Shown in pieces: positions 14,236 through 25,799 of a stretch of DNA of 32,000 nt. The first letter of the stretch is position 1, and every line of letters begins with the position of its first letter. The stretch lies in NCBI RefSeq assembly GCF_018389705.1, contig NZ_CP065581.1, positions 510,001 through 542,000 of the forward strand, written 5' to 3'. The position numbers were made by a program, and so were the translations under genes. Under the pieces are notes generated by a model. That model was not told the origin of the DNA, searched no databases, and was given only the letters and a program-made list of their open reading frames with translations. This DNA is from Mycoplasma mycoides subsp. capri (GTDB lineage Bacteria; Bacillota_I; Bacilli_A; Mycoplasmatales; Mycoplasmataceae).

Positions 14236-15474
14236 TTAAAAGTATATATCTAAAAATTTATCTGTGTTTTTTAATGCATCAATTAATTTATCAATTTCAT
14301 CAGTTGTATTATAAATTGCAAAACTAATTCTTAATGCACTTTTTATATGAATTACATCTTCTAATCTTCTAACACAATGTGCTCCAGATCTACTAGTTAT
14401 ATTATATTTAACATCTAAAAAACTAGAAATGTCTTGAGCATTAATTTGATTAACATTAAATAATAATAAAGGAGAATCATTATTTAAATTATAAAAAGTA
14501 ATTTTATTTTCTAAATGATTAGCTTTAATTTGTTGTCTAGTATATTGTTTTAATTTAGTTTCATATAAATGTATATTATTAATTCCTATTTTTAAAATAA
14601 ATTCAATTGCTTTTTTAAAACCATAAATATTTGAAATATTTAAAGTACCAGCTTCTAGTTTTTCTGGTAAAGTTTTTAAAGTATAACTGGTAAAATCTTT
14701 ACTAATAGTTAAACTAGAACCACCACCTAAATTTAAAGGTTCTAATTCATCTAATAATTGATATTTACCATATAAAATACCAACTCCAAATGGTCCATAC
14801 ATTTTATGAGCTGAAAAGGCAATAAAATCTACATCTCAATCTTTAACATCAACTTTAAAATGAGCAATTGATTGAGCAACATCAACAACAATTATTACAT
14901 TTTGATTAATTGATCTAATTTTTTTAATAATTTTTTTAACATCATTAATATATCCTGTTGTATTTGAAATATGAGCAAAACTAACTATTTTAGTTTTAGG
15001 TGTAATTAATTGATCTAATTTATTAATATCAATTCCAAAATCATTTGTTAATTCTAAATTTTTAATAACAGAATTAGTTTTTTGTTTTAATCAAATTCAA
15101 GGAACTAAGTTTGATGAATGTTCTAAACTAGTAATTAGAATTTCATCATCTTGATTAACTAAGTTAATTAAACCTTTTGCAATCATATTAATAGATTGAG
15201 TAGTTCCTGAAGTAAAAATAATTTCACTTGTGTGATTTGCATTAATAAAGTTTTTTACAAGTTCTCTAGTGTTGTTTAAAATTTCTAAACTTTGATATCC
15301 AATTTTATAATCACCTGAATGTGGGTTTGTTGAAATATTTTTTAAATAATTAGTTTGAGCATTTATTACAGAATTTGGTTTTAAAGTTGTAGCTCCATTA
15401 TCAAAATAAATTAAATTAGGATGTTTTTTTAATAAAGGAAATTGTTTTTTAATTTTTTCAAATTGACCATTCAC
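14236..15474 (-). CDS. sufS: Group II cysteine desulfurase
   Basis: 413-codon joined frame. IYFDNGATTLKP, SGDYKIGYQSLEILNNTRELVKNFI, FTSGTTQSINMIAKGL, GPFGVGILYGK, and C-terminal TSRSGAHCVR active-site Cys. Confidence 0.93.
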
Positions 15475-15600
15475 TATCTCAACTCCTTTTATTTATTAAT
15501 AATTATATAGTTTTACAAAATATTTATTAGTGAGTAGATAGTCAAATTTTATTAGTATTACAAGTAAACGATAATTATAAATAATTATTTTAAATTAAGT

Positions 15601-15606
15601 TATAAT
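15601..15606 (+). promoter_or_regulatory. Candidate -10 box for the lipoprotein-hinT operon
   Basis: TATAAT in the divergent intergenic region about 70 nt upstream of the first lipoprotein start. No strong -35 seen. Confidence 0.4.
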
Positions 15607-15620
15607 TAATTGGTATATGT

Positions 15621-15657
15621 GATTTTAAAAAAGTGTTTTTTAATACATTTTAAAATC
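15621..15657 (+). repeat. Inverted repeat in the 5' leader of the lipoprotein operon
   Basis: gattttaaaa (15621-15630) ... ttttaaaatc (15648-15657), 10 bp arms, 17 nt loop, ends just before RBS agaaagga. Confidence 0.5.
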
Positions 15658-15676
15658 AACAGAAAGGATGATATTA

Positions 15677-18574
15677 GTGAAAAAGCTTTTAACTTGACTT
15701 AGTGCTATAACCTTAGTTGCATCATCAAGTGTTTTAGCTATTAGTTGTAAAACTGAACAAGTAAAAAATGAAAATTCACTTTTTTTAACTAATTTTGGAG
15801 ACATTAAGATTGATTCAAAAAGCTTATTAGAATGAAATCAAAAATGAAACGGAATTAGTTCAAATAACCAAGAACTTATTAATAAAACTAATAATTTATT
15901 AGCTGCTGGAATTTTATTAGCAATTAGAGATAATAAATTACAACTACCTGAAAAAAATGAAAATGGATGAGATTCTAGTGTTAATCCTCAAATTAAAAAT
16001 TTATTAGGAGATAAAAATAGTACTGATACAGCTACTTTATATGGTTTAGCTAATAAAAGTTTAAATGATTTAAAAGATAATAAATATAAAAATGATCCAA
16101 AAGGTTGACAAAAACATTTAGAAGAAATGTTTCCTGGTGTTAAAAAGAATTTAGCTGATTTAGAAAATGCTTATAAGTCAAACTTTATTTTAAATGATAG
16201 TTCAAATAGTGCTTTTATTAAATTAAAAAATCTTTTAATGTTTAATTCAACAGTTGCTGATTCTATGTGACAAAAAGGAATTCAAACAACTAATTTAGAC
16301 TGAAAAACTTTAACTAATAATTTTGCTAATGCATATCCTGGAAAAAAGGATCTAGATCAACTAGCTAAAGCTATTAAAGAAGCATTTGATAAAGCTAACA
16401 GTAACTGAAATGATGCTAAAATAGTTACTTTTACTAATATGGTTAACGGTCTAGGTGGAATTAATAATCAAAGTACAACTAGTGGTTCAAACGGAGGGGC
16501 CGGAAGTCAACAGAATGATAATTTAATAATTACTTATAGCTCTTCAAAAGATGTTAAAAACAAAATTTCTGGTACTAATAACGGGAATGGCAAAAAAGGT
16601 GAAGAATGAATTAAGGAAATTTTAAATAGAGTTTCATCTAATGCACAGAGAGGTTCTGTTGCCTTTAGTGAATGAAATGTTTCCTACAATTATAATTCGC
16701 AAAATGGACCAAAAAACTTTATAAACTATAATAATCAAAAGCCTTCATCTTGAACAGAAATAGTAAAAGAAATTCCTCTTTTAGAAAATGGTGACTTAAA
16801 GGCGGACCCCATTAAGGGTGAATATGGTGCTATTTCTAACTCACAAAAATATGCTATAAATAATTACTTTAATTCTGAAAAACCTGTTATTTTTTCTGAT
16901 TTAATTTTTAAATTTGCAAACAATAAAACAGCAACAGATATTGAAAAAAATTTATCATTAAAAGCATTAATACCAACCGAATCTTCAGGACAAGATTTGA
17001 CCACTAAATTAATCGAAAGATTTCAAGGAATTCAATCAGTTTTACAAACCTATTTATCTAATGATGATAAAGAAAAAGAAACATATACAGCTGGTCTTTC
17101 TAAATTTGACACAATCTTTAGGGGAGAAGAAGCCAAAATAAAAGCAAACACAAGCACTAATAGCTCAACTGATTATAAAAATTGAACTGAGTGAGATATT
17201 AAAAACGATCACCATAAAATCAATGCAAGTGGTAAATTACTTACACTTAGCGACACCACTTACTCGGATACAGTTAAATTTTCTATTTATGATTTTCTGA
17301 CAAGTAATGATAAAAAAGAAAATACTTGAAGCTGAAAAGAAGAATCATCAATTAATGGAAATTTAGAATCACAAAAATTTAAACAAGCACTAATAGATGG
17401 TGGTTTGTCAAATGATGAGGCAAGTAAAATAGATAGCGCTATAGAGCAAACCAAAGACAAAAAACAATCAAAAGATGCTGCAAGATTAACTATTTATAAT
17501 CTAGCAGAGCTATTTAAAAAGATTAATCAAAAAAATAGTAGTTCTGGAACATCTTCTGGTTCTGGTTCATCATCATCTAGCACAGCTTCAACTAGCGAAA
17601 ATGGAGAAAATAAAAATTCGAATATTTACACTATATTAAACAAAGACGAAGGGATAATAGCATTCATTGATGGAGATGGATTACACATCACTAAAATTGA
17701 TGGGTATAAACTAATTAATAATAAAAACAACAATGAATCTCTGTCATCATCAATTGATCAACAACAAAGTCTTAATGACTCTATTAAACAGACTGCTGTT
17801 CTAAAACAAATCAGATCTTTATATTCTTCACCTAATGCTAGTGTTTTAGTTCCATATCTAATAAATTCAACTCTTCAAATTAATACAACCTCAACAAGTA
17901 TGTCTAGTTCATCATCTGGACAATCTAATGGCTCAAAATGAGATTGAACAAAAAAAGATTTAGATTATGCAAATTCTGTTAAAAATCTTGGTGTAGATAT
18001 TAGTTTATTAAACAAGAATATCAAAAATGATTATGAAAGATTTCTAATAAATACTTCATTAATTGATGCTTCTAAAACTAAGTCATTTTATAATATCGAT
18101 ATTCTAAGTGAAGTATCAAAATCTATTCAGTCTGGTAATAATGCTTCACTACAATCTAATTGATTAGTTGAATTATTTACAAAAATATTAAAAGATAAAG
18201 GTAAGGCTTTGTCAGGTAGTTTATTAAGTGTGATAGTAACAACTGATAATAAAGCTGATAATGATGAAATTGAAAAAATATTTTCACATCAAGCAAAAAA
18301 CTTGAAAGTATCAGCTATTAGAAAATTGCAACAATCAAATCAAAAGTGAGTAAATAAAGTTAAAGAAAATTATAAGAAATATTCAAAAGACGCTTCACTA
18401 GATAAGAGATTTATTCCAGATCAAACTATAGATCTAAATTCTATGAATGAAAGCAAGAAAAAAAGATATGACAATCTTTTACAATCAGAAATTTTTAATC
18501 CGGAAGTAAAAGCACAGAAAAATAGTAATGGATCATCATCTACCGGTGATTCTGGAGCTAGAGGTGATGCATAA
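15677..18574 (+). CDS. Large surface lipoprotein (P60/P80-like candidate of a hit-type locus)
   Basis: 966-codon frame spanning ORF pieces 16997-17185 and 17405-17941, with TGA(Trp). GTG start at 15677 preceded by agaaagga at good spacing; an in-frame ATG lies at 15668. Signal peptide and lipobox: VKKLLTWLSAITLVASSSVLAIS|C. TAA 18572-18574. Confidence 0.88.
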
Positions 18575-20721
18575 TGAAAAAATTATTAACAATATTAGGT
18601 TCTATTTGTTTATCTGCTGGAACAATGGTTACAGCAATAGCATGTAGTACTAAAAATGAAAAATTTGATAAACCTTCTATTACTGATGAATTAGCTCAAA
18701 AGATAGTTAGCGGATTAAAATTGACTAATGACTTTAACTTTACAACTGGTGAACAATTTTCTAAATTAGATTACAAATCATTAGTTTTAGATATGATTAA
18801 TGAAACTATTTCAAAAAACAAATATTCAGATAATTTACATAATTTATCTAGAAAATTTGGGTTAGAAATATCAAAAACAAAAGAGCTAGGTGAAAAAAAA
18901 TCTCAAGAAGTCTTAAAAAATCTATCAACCATTAAATTATTTACTGAATATACTTCAAAAAGAGCTTCCGAAGAACATTCGGATAATGTTGATCTAGAGT
19001 ATAGTGCTAATTACCCATTAAATCCATATAATCTAGATCCAAAAAATGGTAAAAAAGATACTACCACATATGCAATTTACTATAAATCTAATAACACAAG
19101 CACTGGTGGTGGATCAAACGGGGGTTCTACTTCAAACTGATTAAGATGACAAACAACAGGTGAATTTGACACTCTAGAAAGTAAAGTACCCGGTGTTCCT
19201 CAACTTCCAAGTATTAGTCTATTAACCGAATCTGATAAGAACAATTTTAGAATCGCTAAGTTAAGTTCACCTAAAGATCAAGATTATATTAATAAGACTG
19301 CAACCGTTGATGATGAAGGTAAAGGTACAAACGGTGGTAGTGATAAGAAAATAGAATGATATAAAAATTCTAATAGTAAATTTGAGACTGATGGTCAAGG
19401 AATTATGCAATATAGATTTATGTATCATTTTAAAACTAAATTAGAATCTAAATCGTTCAGCGATTTATTGGGGCATGCCTATATCGATTCAAATCTATAT
19501 ATAGATAAACAAGATAATAGATCAGCTTCAAATAAAAAAATAATTTTAAATAATGTAAGTAAATTAGTTAGTGATGTTCAATCCAATTATTCACAAGTAG
19601 AAAGAACTACTTCAAACCTTAAAATGGTATGAGCTTTTTCACTAGATCAACAAAAAATATCACAAGTAAACGATAAAATTCAAGAATATGTTTATTCTGA
19701 TGGTTCTTTAAAAGATAAAGATAATAAGACACTAAAAAAAGTTTTTGATCAAATAAAATCAACAAAAATAAATAACGAAAGCAAACAGGGAACAGATTCA
19801 TTATTTTCAATAAGTGGATTTAATGGATTTGTAAAAAATAAAGATAATAGCATTGAAAGCCTGAGTGGTGATTTAAAAATAACTGAAGATGCTAAGAAAG
19901 CTGTGGCAAAAGTAAATGTACCATCATTATTAACTAATAATAATAGAGGATTTAATTCAGAAATAAGTGGAAATGTAGATTATGTATTTGTATTACCTAT
20001 TTATTTAAATGACTTGTTTTCAACAAATGATGTTCAAATAAAAAAAACATCAACAAATGGAAATGGTGGCTCAGGAACATCTCAAAATAATAATTATGAA
20101 TTACCTATTATTCAAAATACATGAATGAATCTAAATGAAAAATATTCAATTAATGAACGTTACTTTAATAATATGAGTATTAAAAAGGTTGATTCAAAAA
20201 GTGGTGATGATGTGTTATTAGCTAATAAAAATGATACATGATATGTTTTATTAAAAAGTAACAAAGAAACTGCAAATATTCAAGTAACTTATTCAGATAG
20301 AACAACTAAAACTATTACATTAAAAAAACTTGAAGAAAAAAATAAAAAATCATTAGATTTTACCTATAAATTATCAAAAACTTCTGATTTTAATAAATTA
20401 CTATTTAATAAAAATATGGATGCAAACATCACTTATGATATCAATCTAAAAAATTACGATAATATCAAAGATAAACAAAATGATGCTTATATTTGAAACA
20501 ATGATCCTAAAAAATCAAATGATATTCAAGATTTATCAGCAGCTAAAAAACAAGTGTTATTAGATCAACTAGAAGCAATTACAGCTAAAAATCCTGATGT
20601 ACAAAATGCTGCTAAAACTGAACTGTATAGTGCTTATTTATACACTGATGGAATTTATTACAAATCTCTATTTGATGAGATTTCAAAATATATAGAAAGT
20701 GAAAAACCTACATTAGACTAA
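18574..20721 (+). CDS. Second large surface lipoprotein (P60/P80-like candidate)
   Basis: 716-codon frame joining track ORFs 18574, 19405 and 19903. Signal peptide and lipobox: MKKLLTILGSICLSAGTMVTAIA|C. Start overlaps upstream stop (taATG); RBS gaggtgat. Confidence 0.9.
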
Positions 20722-20723
20722 TT

Positions 20724-21122
20724 ATGGACTGTTTATTTTGTAAAATTATTAATCAAGAAATTCCATCTTATAAAATTTATGAAAATGAATATGTATATAG
20801 TTTTTTAGATGTAAGACCTGTAAGTAATGGTCATTTACTAGTCATTCCAAAAAAACATTTTGAAAACTTTAGTGCTTGTGATGATAAATATTTACAAGAA
20901 GTAATTTTAGCTAAAAAACATTTAGTTAATTTATTAAAAGAAAAATTAAATCCAGCTGGATTTAATTATTTATCAAATGAACAAGCTATTTCAGGACAAA
21001 CTGTTTTACATTATCATGAACATATAATGCCAAAATATGAAAAAGATAAAGGGTTTTTATTAAAAGCTGAAATTGTTGATATTGATGAACTAGAAAACAC
21101 TTTTAATAAAATAGTTAAATAA
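20724..21122 (+). CDS. hinT: HIT-family (histidine triad) nucleotide-binding protein
   Basis: 132 aa: MDCLFCKIINQEIPSYKIYENEYVYSFLDVRPVSNGHLLVIPKKH; HIT motif HYHEHIMP. Starts 2 nt after the lipoprotein stop. Confidence 0.95.
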   Translation: MDCLFCKIINQEIPSYKIYENEYVYSFLDVRPVSNGHLLVIPKKHFENFSACDDKYLQEVILAKKHLVNLLKEKLNPAGFNYLSNEQAISGQTVLHYHEHIMPKYEKDKGFLLKAEIVDIDELENTFNKIVK

Positions 21123-21131
21123 TAAATTACA

Positions 21132-21161
21132 AAAAAATAGAAGCCTTGGCTTCTATTTTTT
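21132..21161. terminator. Bidirectional intrinsic terminator between convergent hinT and the HD-domain gene
   Basis: aaaaaatagaagcc-tt-ggcttctatttttt: 14 bp arms with A and T tracts giving U-tracts in both directions. Confidence 0.9.
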
Positions 21162-22133
21162 ATGTTTATAAAACATTTTATTATCAATACTGATTATTTT
21201 TTGAGTTCAATTATCTACTTCTATTTTTGATAATTCATCATTAATTTTATAAACTTTAGCATCTAAATCATCTAAAGCTGATAAAATCACTGCTTCAATT
21301 AATACTGGTTCGATCGGGGAACCAAACTCTTTTTTACCATGACTAGCTAAAATCATATGTTGTAGTAAAGTAATTTCTTTATTAATTTTATTATTTTGAT
21401 CTTTATATAAATTTAGTTTATCTGCTAGTTTATTGATTTCAGCATTTCCTATTGAAATATGACCTAATAGCTTTCCTTCTAAACTATAATCACTACCATT
21501 AACATCACTAATTTCAATTACTTTACCAATATCATGCAGAATTGCTCCACATATTAATAAATCTCAATCAATATTTGCATAAAGATAGTTTTCTTTTAAA
21601 CTCAAAACGTTTTTTACAAGAGTATAGCTATGTCAAAACAACCCACTAGTAACATTGTGATGAATACTCATAGCTGCAGGAAAAGTTAAAAACTCTTTTT
21701 TATATTTTTCTATTAAATTAAGTGTAATAGTTTTATAAGTCTGATTATTAATACTATTTAAAAGACTAATTAATTCTAAATAACTAGTTTTAATATCTAA
21801 AGGAGCAGTTATATATAAATCAGTTTTATTTAAATGATACTTTAATAAATCTTTTTCATCAATTACTTGATAATCTTCAACTTTTAATTGTAATATGTTT
21901 CTATATTCATGAACAATAGTATCTTTTAATAAAACAATAGTATTTGGTTTTAATAACTGTTTGTCTTTTTCATTAACTACTCATTTTCTAGCTTCAATTC
22001 TACCTGTACTATCAGCTAAATGTAATATTAAATAATTATTTCCACTACTTCCTGTTGAAACTATAACTCTTTCAATTCTTAAAATAGTATCGATTAAATG
22101 ATCTTCTATATTAATATCTTTAACTTTTTTCAT
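21153..22133 (-). CDS. yhaM: YhaM-like HD-domain 3'-5' exoribonuclease (N-terminal OB-fold-like plus HD)
   Basis: 327-codon joined frame, absent from the ORF track. MKKVKDINIEDHLIDTILRIERVIVSTGSSGNNYLILHLADSTGRIEARKW..., ...FPAAMSIHHNVTSGLFWHSYTLVKNVLSL..., ...LLICGAILHDIGKVIE (HD). Confidence 0.85.
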
Positions 22134-22205
22134 TAGTTGTCTTCTTTCTAATCTATCTATATTATTTTATATGATTAATTAGATATAAACTAATATTGCA
22201 ACTTT

Positions 22206-22859
22206 TTAAAGACTTCAGTTAATAGGATCTAAATTTAGGTTAATTAATAAATTATTAATTTGACTAAAAGGTTTAGTATTTTTAAAACCTTTATAACTTA
22301 GTGGTGAAGGATGAGCTGATTTAATAACAAAATTAGACTTAACTAATAAAGAATCATACATTTTAATAGCAAAATTACCTCACAAACAAAAAATTACATT
22401 TTGATTATGTAATATAATTTGTTCTAAAATTTTTTTAGTAATTTTTTGTCATCCTAAATTAGTATGAGAATTTGGTTTATGAGCAATTACAGTTCAACAA
22501 GTATTTATTAAAAACACTCCTTGTTTTACTCAATTTGTTAAATCATTATTATTAAAATGATCAATATTTAAATCAGAGTAAAGTTCATTAAAAATGTTTT
22601 TTAAACTAGGTGGAGTTTTTAAAGCATTACTACTAAAAGCAATTCCGTTAGCTTGATTAAAATCATGATATGGATCTTGACCTATAATTACTACTTTAAT
22701 ATTATTTAAATCACTTAATTTAAATAAGTTTAAAACATCTTTTTGTTTTGGAAAAACTATATCATCACTACTATAAGCTTTATTAATTAAATTATTAATT
22801 TGATTAAATAAATTTAAATCAGTAAATAGTTTATTTCAACTAGGATGTAAATTAGTCAT
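22206..22859 (-). CDS. ung: Uracil-DNA glycosylase
   Basis: 218-codon joined frame. VVIIGQDPYHDFNQANGIAFS, VFLINTCWTVIAHKPNSH, and SAHPSPLSYKGF. Confidence 0.93.
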
Positions 22860-23781
22860 TAGTTTTAATTCAAGATATTATAATCTTAATTTTTCCTTTA
22901 ACTATTAGTTTGTCAATTCCATTAATAGTAATTGCTGATTCACCTTTTGTAAAATACATATCATTAATATAACCAGATCCACTAATAATTGTTAATTGTA
23001 ATCAATCACATTTTTCATCTACTTCAAATTCTTTTAAATCATCACATTCTAAAACATATAATGAAAAATAATCTGAAGAAAATACTTTATTATTAGCATT
23101 ATGAATAATGTGATCTTTTATATCTGGAGTTATTGTAGACTCTATTGAATTAAAAATATCTAATGGTCTAGGTTTGTTTGTAGTTTTATCAATTCTGTTA
23201 TAATCATAAAATCTATAAGTAATATCACTAGATCTTTGTAGTTCATAAATTACTAAATTAGGTGAGATTGCATGAACTTTACCAGGAGCTACATATAAAA
23301 AATCATTTGGTTTAACTTTAACTTTTTTTAATAATTGATCTCATTTATTTTGATTAACTAAATCAATTAATTGATTTTTATTTTTAGCTGTATGTCCATA
23401 AATTAATTCAGAATCTTTATTAGCATCAATTACATATCAACTTTCAGGTTTACCTAATTGGTTGTGATGAGATAAAGCATAATTATCATCAGGATGTACT
23501 TGAACTGATAAATAATCACTAGCTGTGATAATTTTTACTAACAAAGGATAACAACCTTTATAGTTATTAAAAAGGTGTTTGTGATTTTCAAATAACTCTT
23601 TTAAACTTAAATTATTATATTGATCATCACTAATTACATAACTCATTCCGTTTTGATGAGCTGAAATTACTCAAGCTTCACCAATGTTTTGATTATCTTT
23701 TATATCAAAGCCAAATTCTTTTAATCTATTTCCACCTCAAATTTTTTTTGAAAAATAAGGTTTAAGTTTTAAAATTTTCAT
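22852..23781 (-). CDS. manA: Mannose-6-phosphate isomerase, class I
   Basis: 310-codon joined frame. MKILKLKPYFSKKIWGGNRLKEFGFD, SVQVHPDDNYAL, and VAPGKVHAI. Confidence 0.9.
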
Positions 23782-23806
23782 ACTTACTTTCTATAATTAA
23801 ACTTTA

Positions 23807-25123
23807 TTAAATATTAGTACTTAAAATTTGATTTAATTGTTTTATATATTCTTCTAAAGAATTTTTAGAATTATTAAAAGAATAAAATTTATCATCACTT
23901 TGATATTTATTTTCTTGTTCTAAAATACCTAAATTACATTTCATGGGTTTTAAACTATAGATTTTAGAATTAGTTATATAGTTAGTTAGTGCACCTAAAA
24001 TTGTTGTGTTTGGTAAAGGTTTTATTTTTTTATTATTAATAAAAGCTAGAATGTTAATAGCAGCTCATATACCAGAACTAGCTGATTCAATATATCCTTC
24101 AACTCCAGTAATTTGTCCTGCAAAAAAGACATTTTTCTTTCTCATAACTTGTAGTTTAAAGTTTAAAATTTTTGGAGAATTAATATAATAGTTTTTATGC
24201 ATTACTCCATATCTAACTATTTTTGCTTTTTGTAATCCTGGGATTGTTTGAAAGACTCTTTTTTGTTCTGGTCATTTTAAATTAGTTTGAAATCCAACCA
24301 TATTATATAAACTATCTTTTGCATCATCTTGACGCAATTGCACAACTGCATAAGGTTGATGATTATTTTGATCTAATAAATTATTAGGTGACATTGGTCC
24401 TTTTAAAAGAAGTTTTTTACTAGTTTTTGCAAGTTGTTCAATTGGTTGACAACCTTTAAAAAAGATTGATTTTTCAAATTCTTTTAGTTGTACTTGTTCA
24501 GCGTTAATTAAATTATCTGCAAATTCATTAAACTCTTGTTCATTTAATGGACAACAAATATATTTACCAAGTTTATGTCTTCCTGAATAATAAACTTTAT
24601 TAAAATCAATTGAATCTTTTGTAATAATTGGAGCTGAAGCATCCATAAAAAATAATTTTTGTTTTCCAATTAATCTTTGAATATCTTCTTTTAACTCATT
24701 TGTAGTTAAAGGTCCAGTTGCTATTAATGTTAAATCATTTTCATCATCAATATGACTTACATTTTGTTCAATAATTGTAATGTTTGGATGATTTTTAATA
24801 ACTTCAGTTAGTTTTTTTGAAAAATCTTCTCTATCAACAGCTAGTGCATCATCTCCATCAATTTTACAACTATCAGCTATTTTCATAACTAAAGAGTTTA
24901 AACGTCTCATTTCTGCTTTTAAAATACCAGCAGCATTTAATAATGATTGACTTCTAAAAGTATTAGAACATACTAATTCAGCAAAGTTATTTGTTTTTTG
25001 CACTTCATTTTTAATCAGAGTTTTAACTTAATATAATTCAACTTGTATATTATTATTTGCTAAAAAATATGCAGCTTCACAACCAGCTAAACCAGCACCA
25101 ATGATTTTTACTTTTTTATTCAT
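23807..25123 (-). CDS. trmFO: Methylenetetrahydrofolate--tRNA-(uracil-5-)-methyltransferase
   Basis: 439-codon joined frame. [32 protein letters not shown] (FAD-binding GxGxxG), [32 protein letters not shown]. Confidence 0.95.
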
Positions 25124-25799
25124 TATTTTGTTCTCTATCTAAATCTTTAAATAAATTAATTTCATCAACTGAAATATCAGAGTTTCAAGATGAATTCATT
25201 CTAGCTGCGCGACCTAAATGGATTTGATTATTAACTGTTAAACATTGTTTAATATTGTTTTTATCAACTCCACCACCAATTAAAATTTGAATATCTAAGT
25301 TTTGATCAACTAGTTGTCTAATCACTTCTAAACCAGTGTTTAGATTTGTTCCTCCACTAGTTAAAACAGCATCAATTTTATGTTTAACTAAAACATTTAA
25401 GGCATTAATTGGATCATCAACTAAATCAAAAGCTCTATTAAAAGTAATTTTTAAGCTTCCTTTGATTTTATTTACTCTTTGTAAAAAATCTTCATTAATT
25501 GTATAGTCATTGTTTAAAGCTCCAATTACAATTCCATGAACATTTGGAAGTTTTTGAATAACTGAAATCATTTCTAATTGTTTAATTAATTCATAATCAT
25601 CAAAAAAGAAGTCTTTAGAATTATTTCTAATCATTATATGTAAAGGTTTTAAAGTAATTTGATTAGCTAAAATAATTTCATCTAGACTTGGAGTTAAACC
25701 GCCAACTTCTAAGTTTTTACAAAATTCAATACGATCAGCTTTAGAATTATTAATTACTCTAATATCACTAAGATCTTTTGCAATCACTTCTAAGAACAT
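25116..25799 (-). CDS. cutC: CutC-family protein (TIM-barrel, annotated copper homeostasis)
   Basis: 228-codon frame. [65 protein letters not shown], and [12 protein letters not shown]. Confidence 0.88.

Noticed and set aside
19619-19810. Minus-strand 63-aa ORF inside the second lipoprotein gene
   Set aside because: Hydrophobic-looking antisense shadow of a Lys/Asp-rich coding region; no other support.
18574-20721. Possible frameshifted or decayed lipoprotein, because the track shows three separate ORFs
   Set aside because: All three share one frame (offsets divisible by 3) and the intervening stops are TGA; a continuous 716-codon protein results.
23437-25003. Short plus-strand ORF (24006-24188) and fragmented minus-strand ORFs suggesting pseudogenes of manA and trmFO
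   Set aside because: Fragments are in frame and separated only by TGA, which is Trp in this lineage, so the genes are intact. The same applies to parC, parE, pepO, metK, pstB and others.
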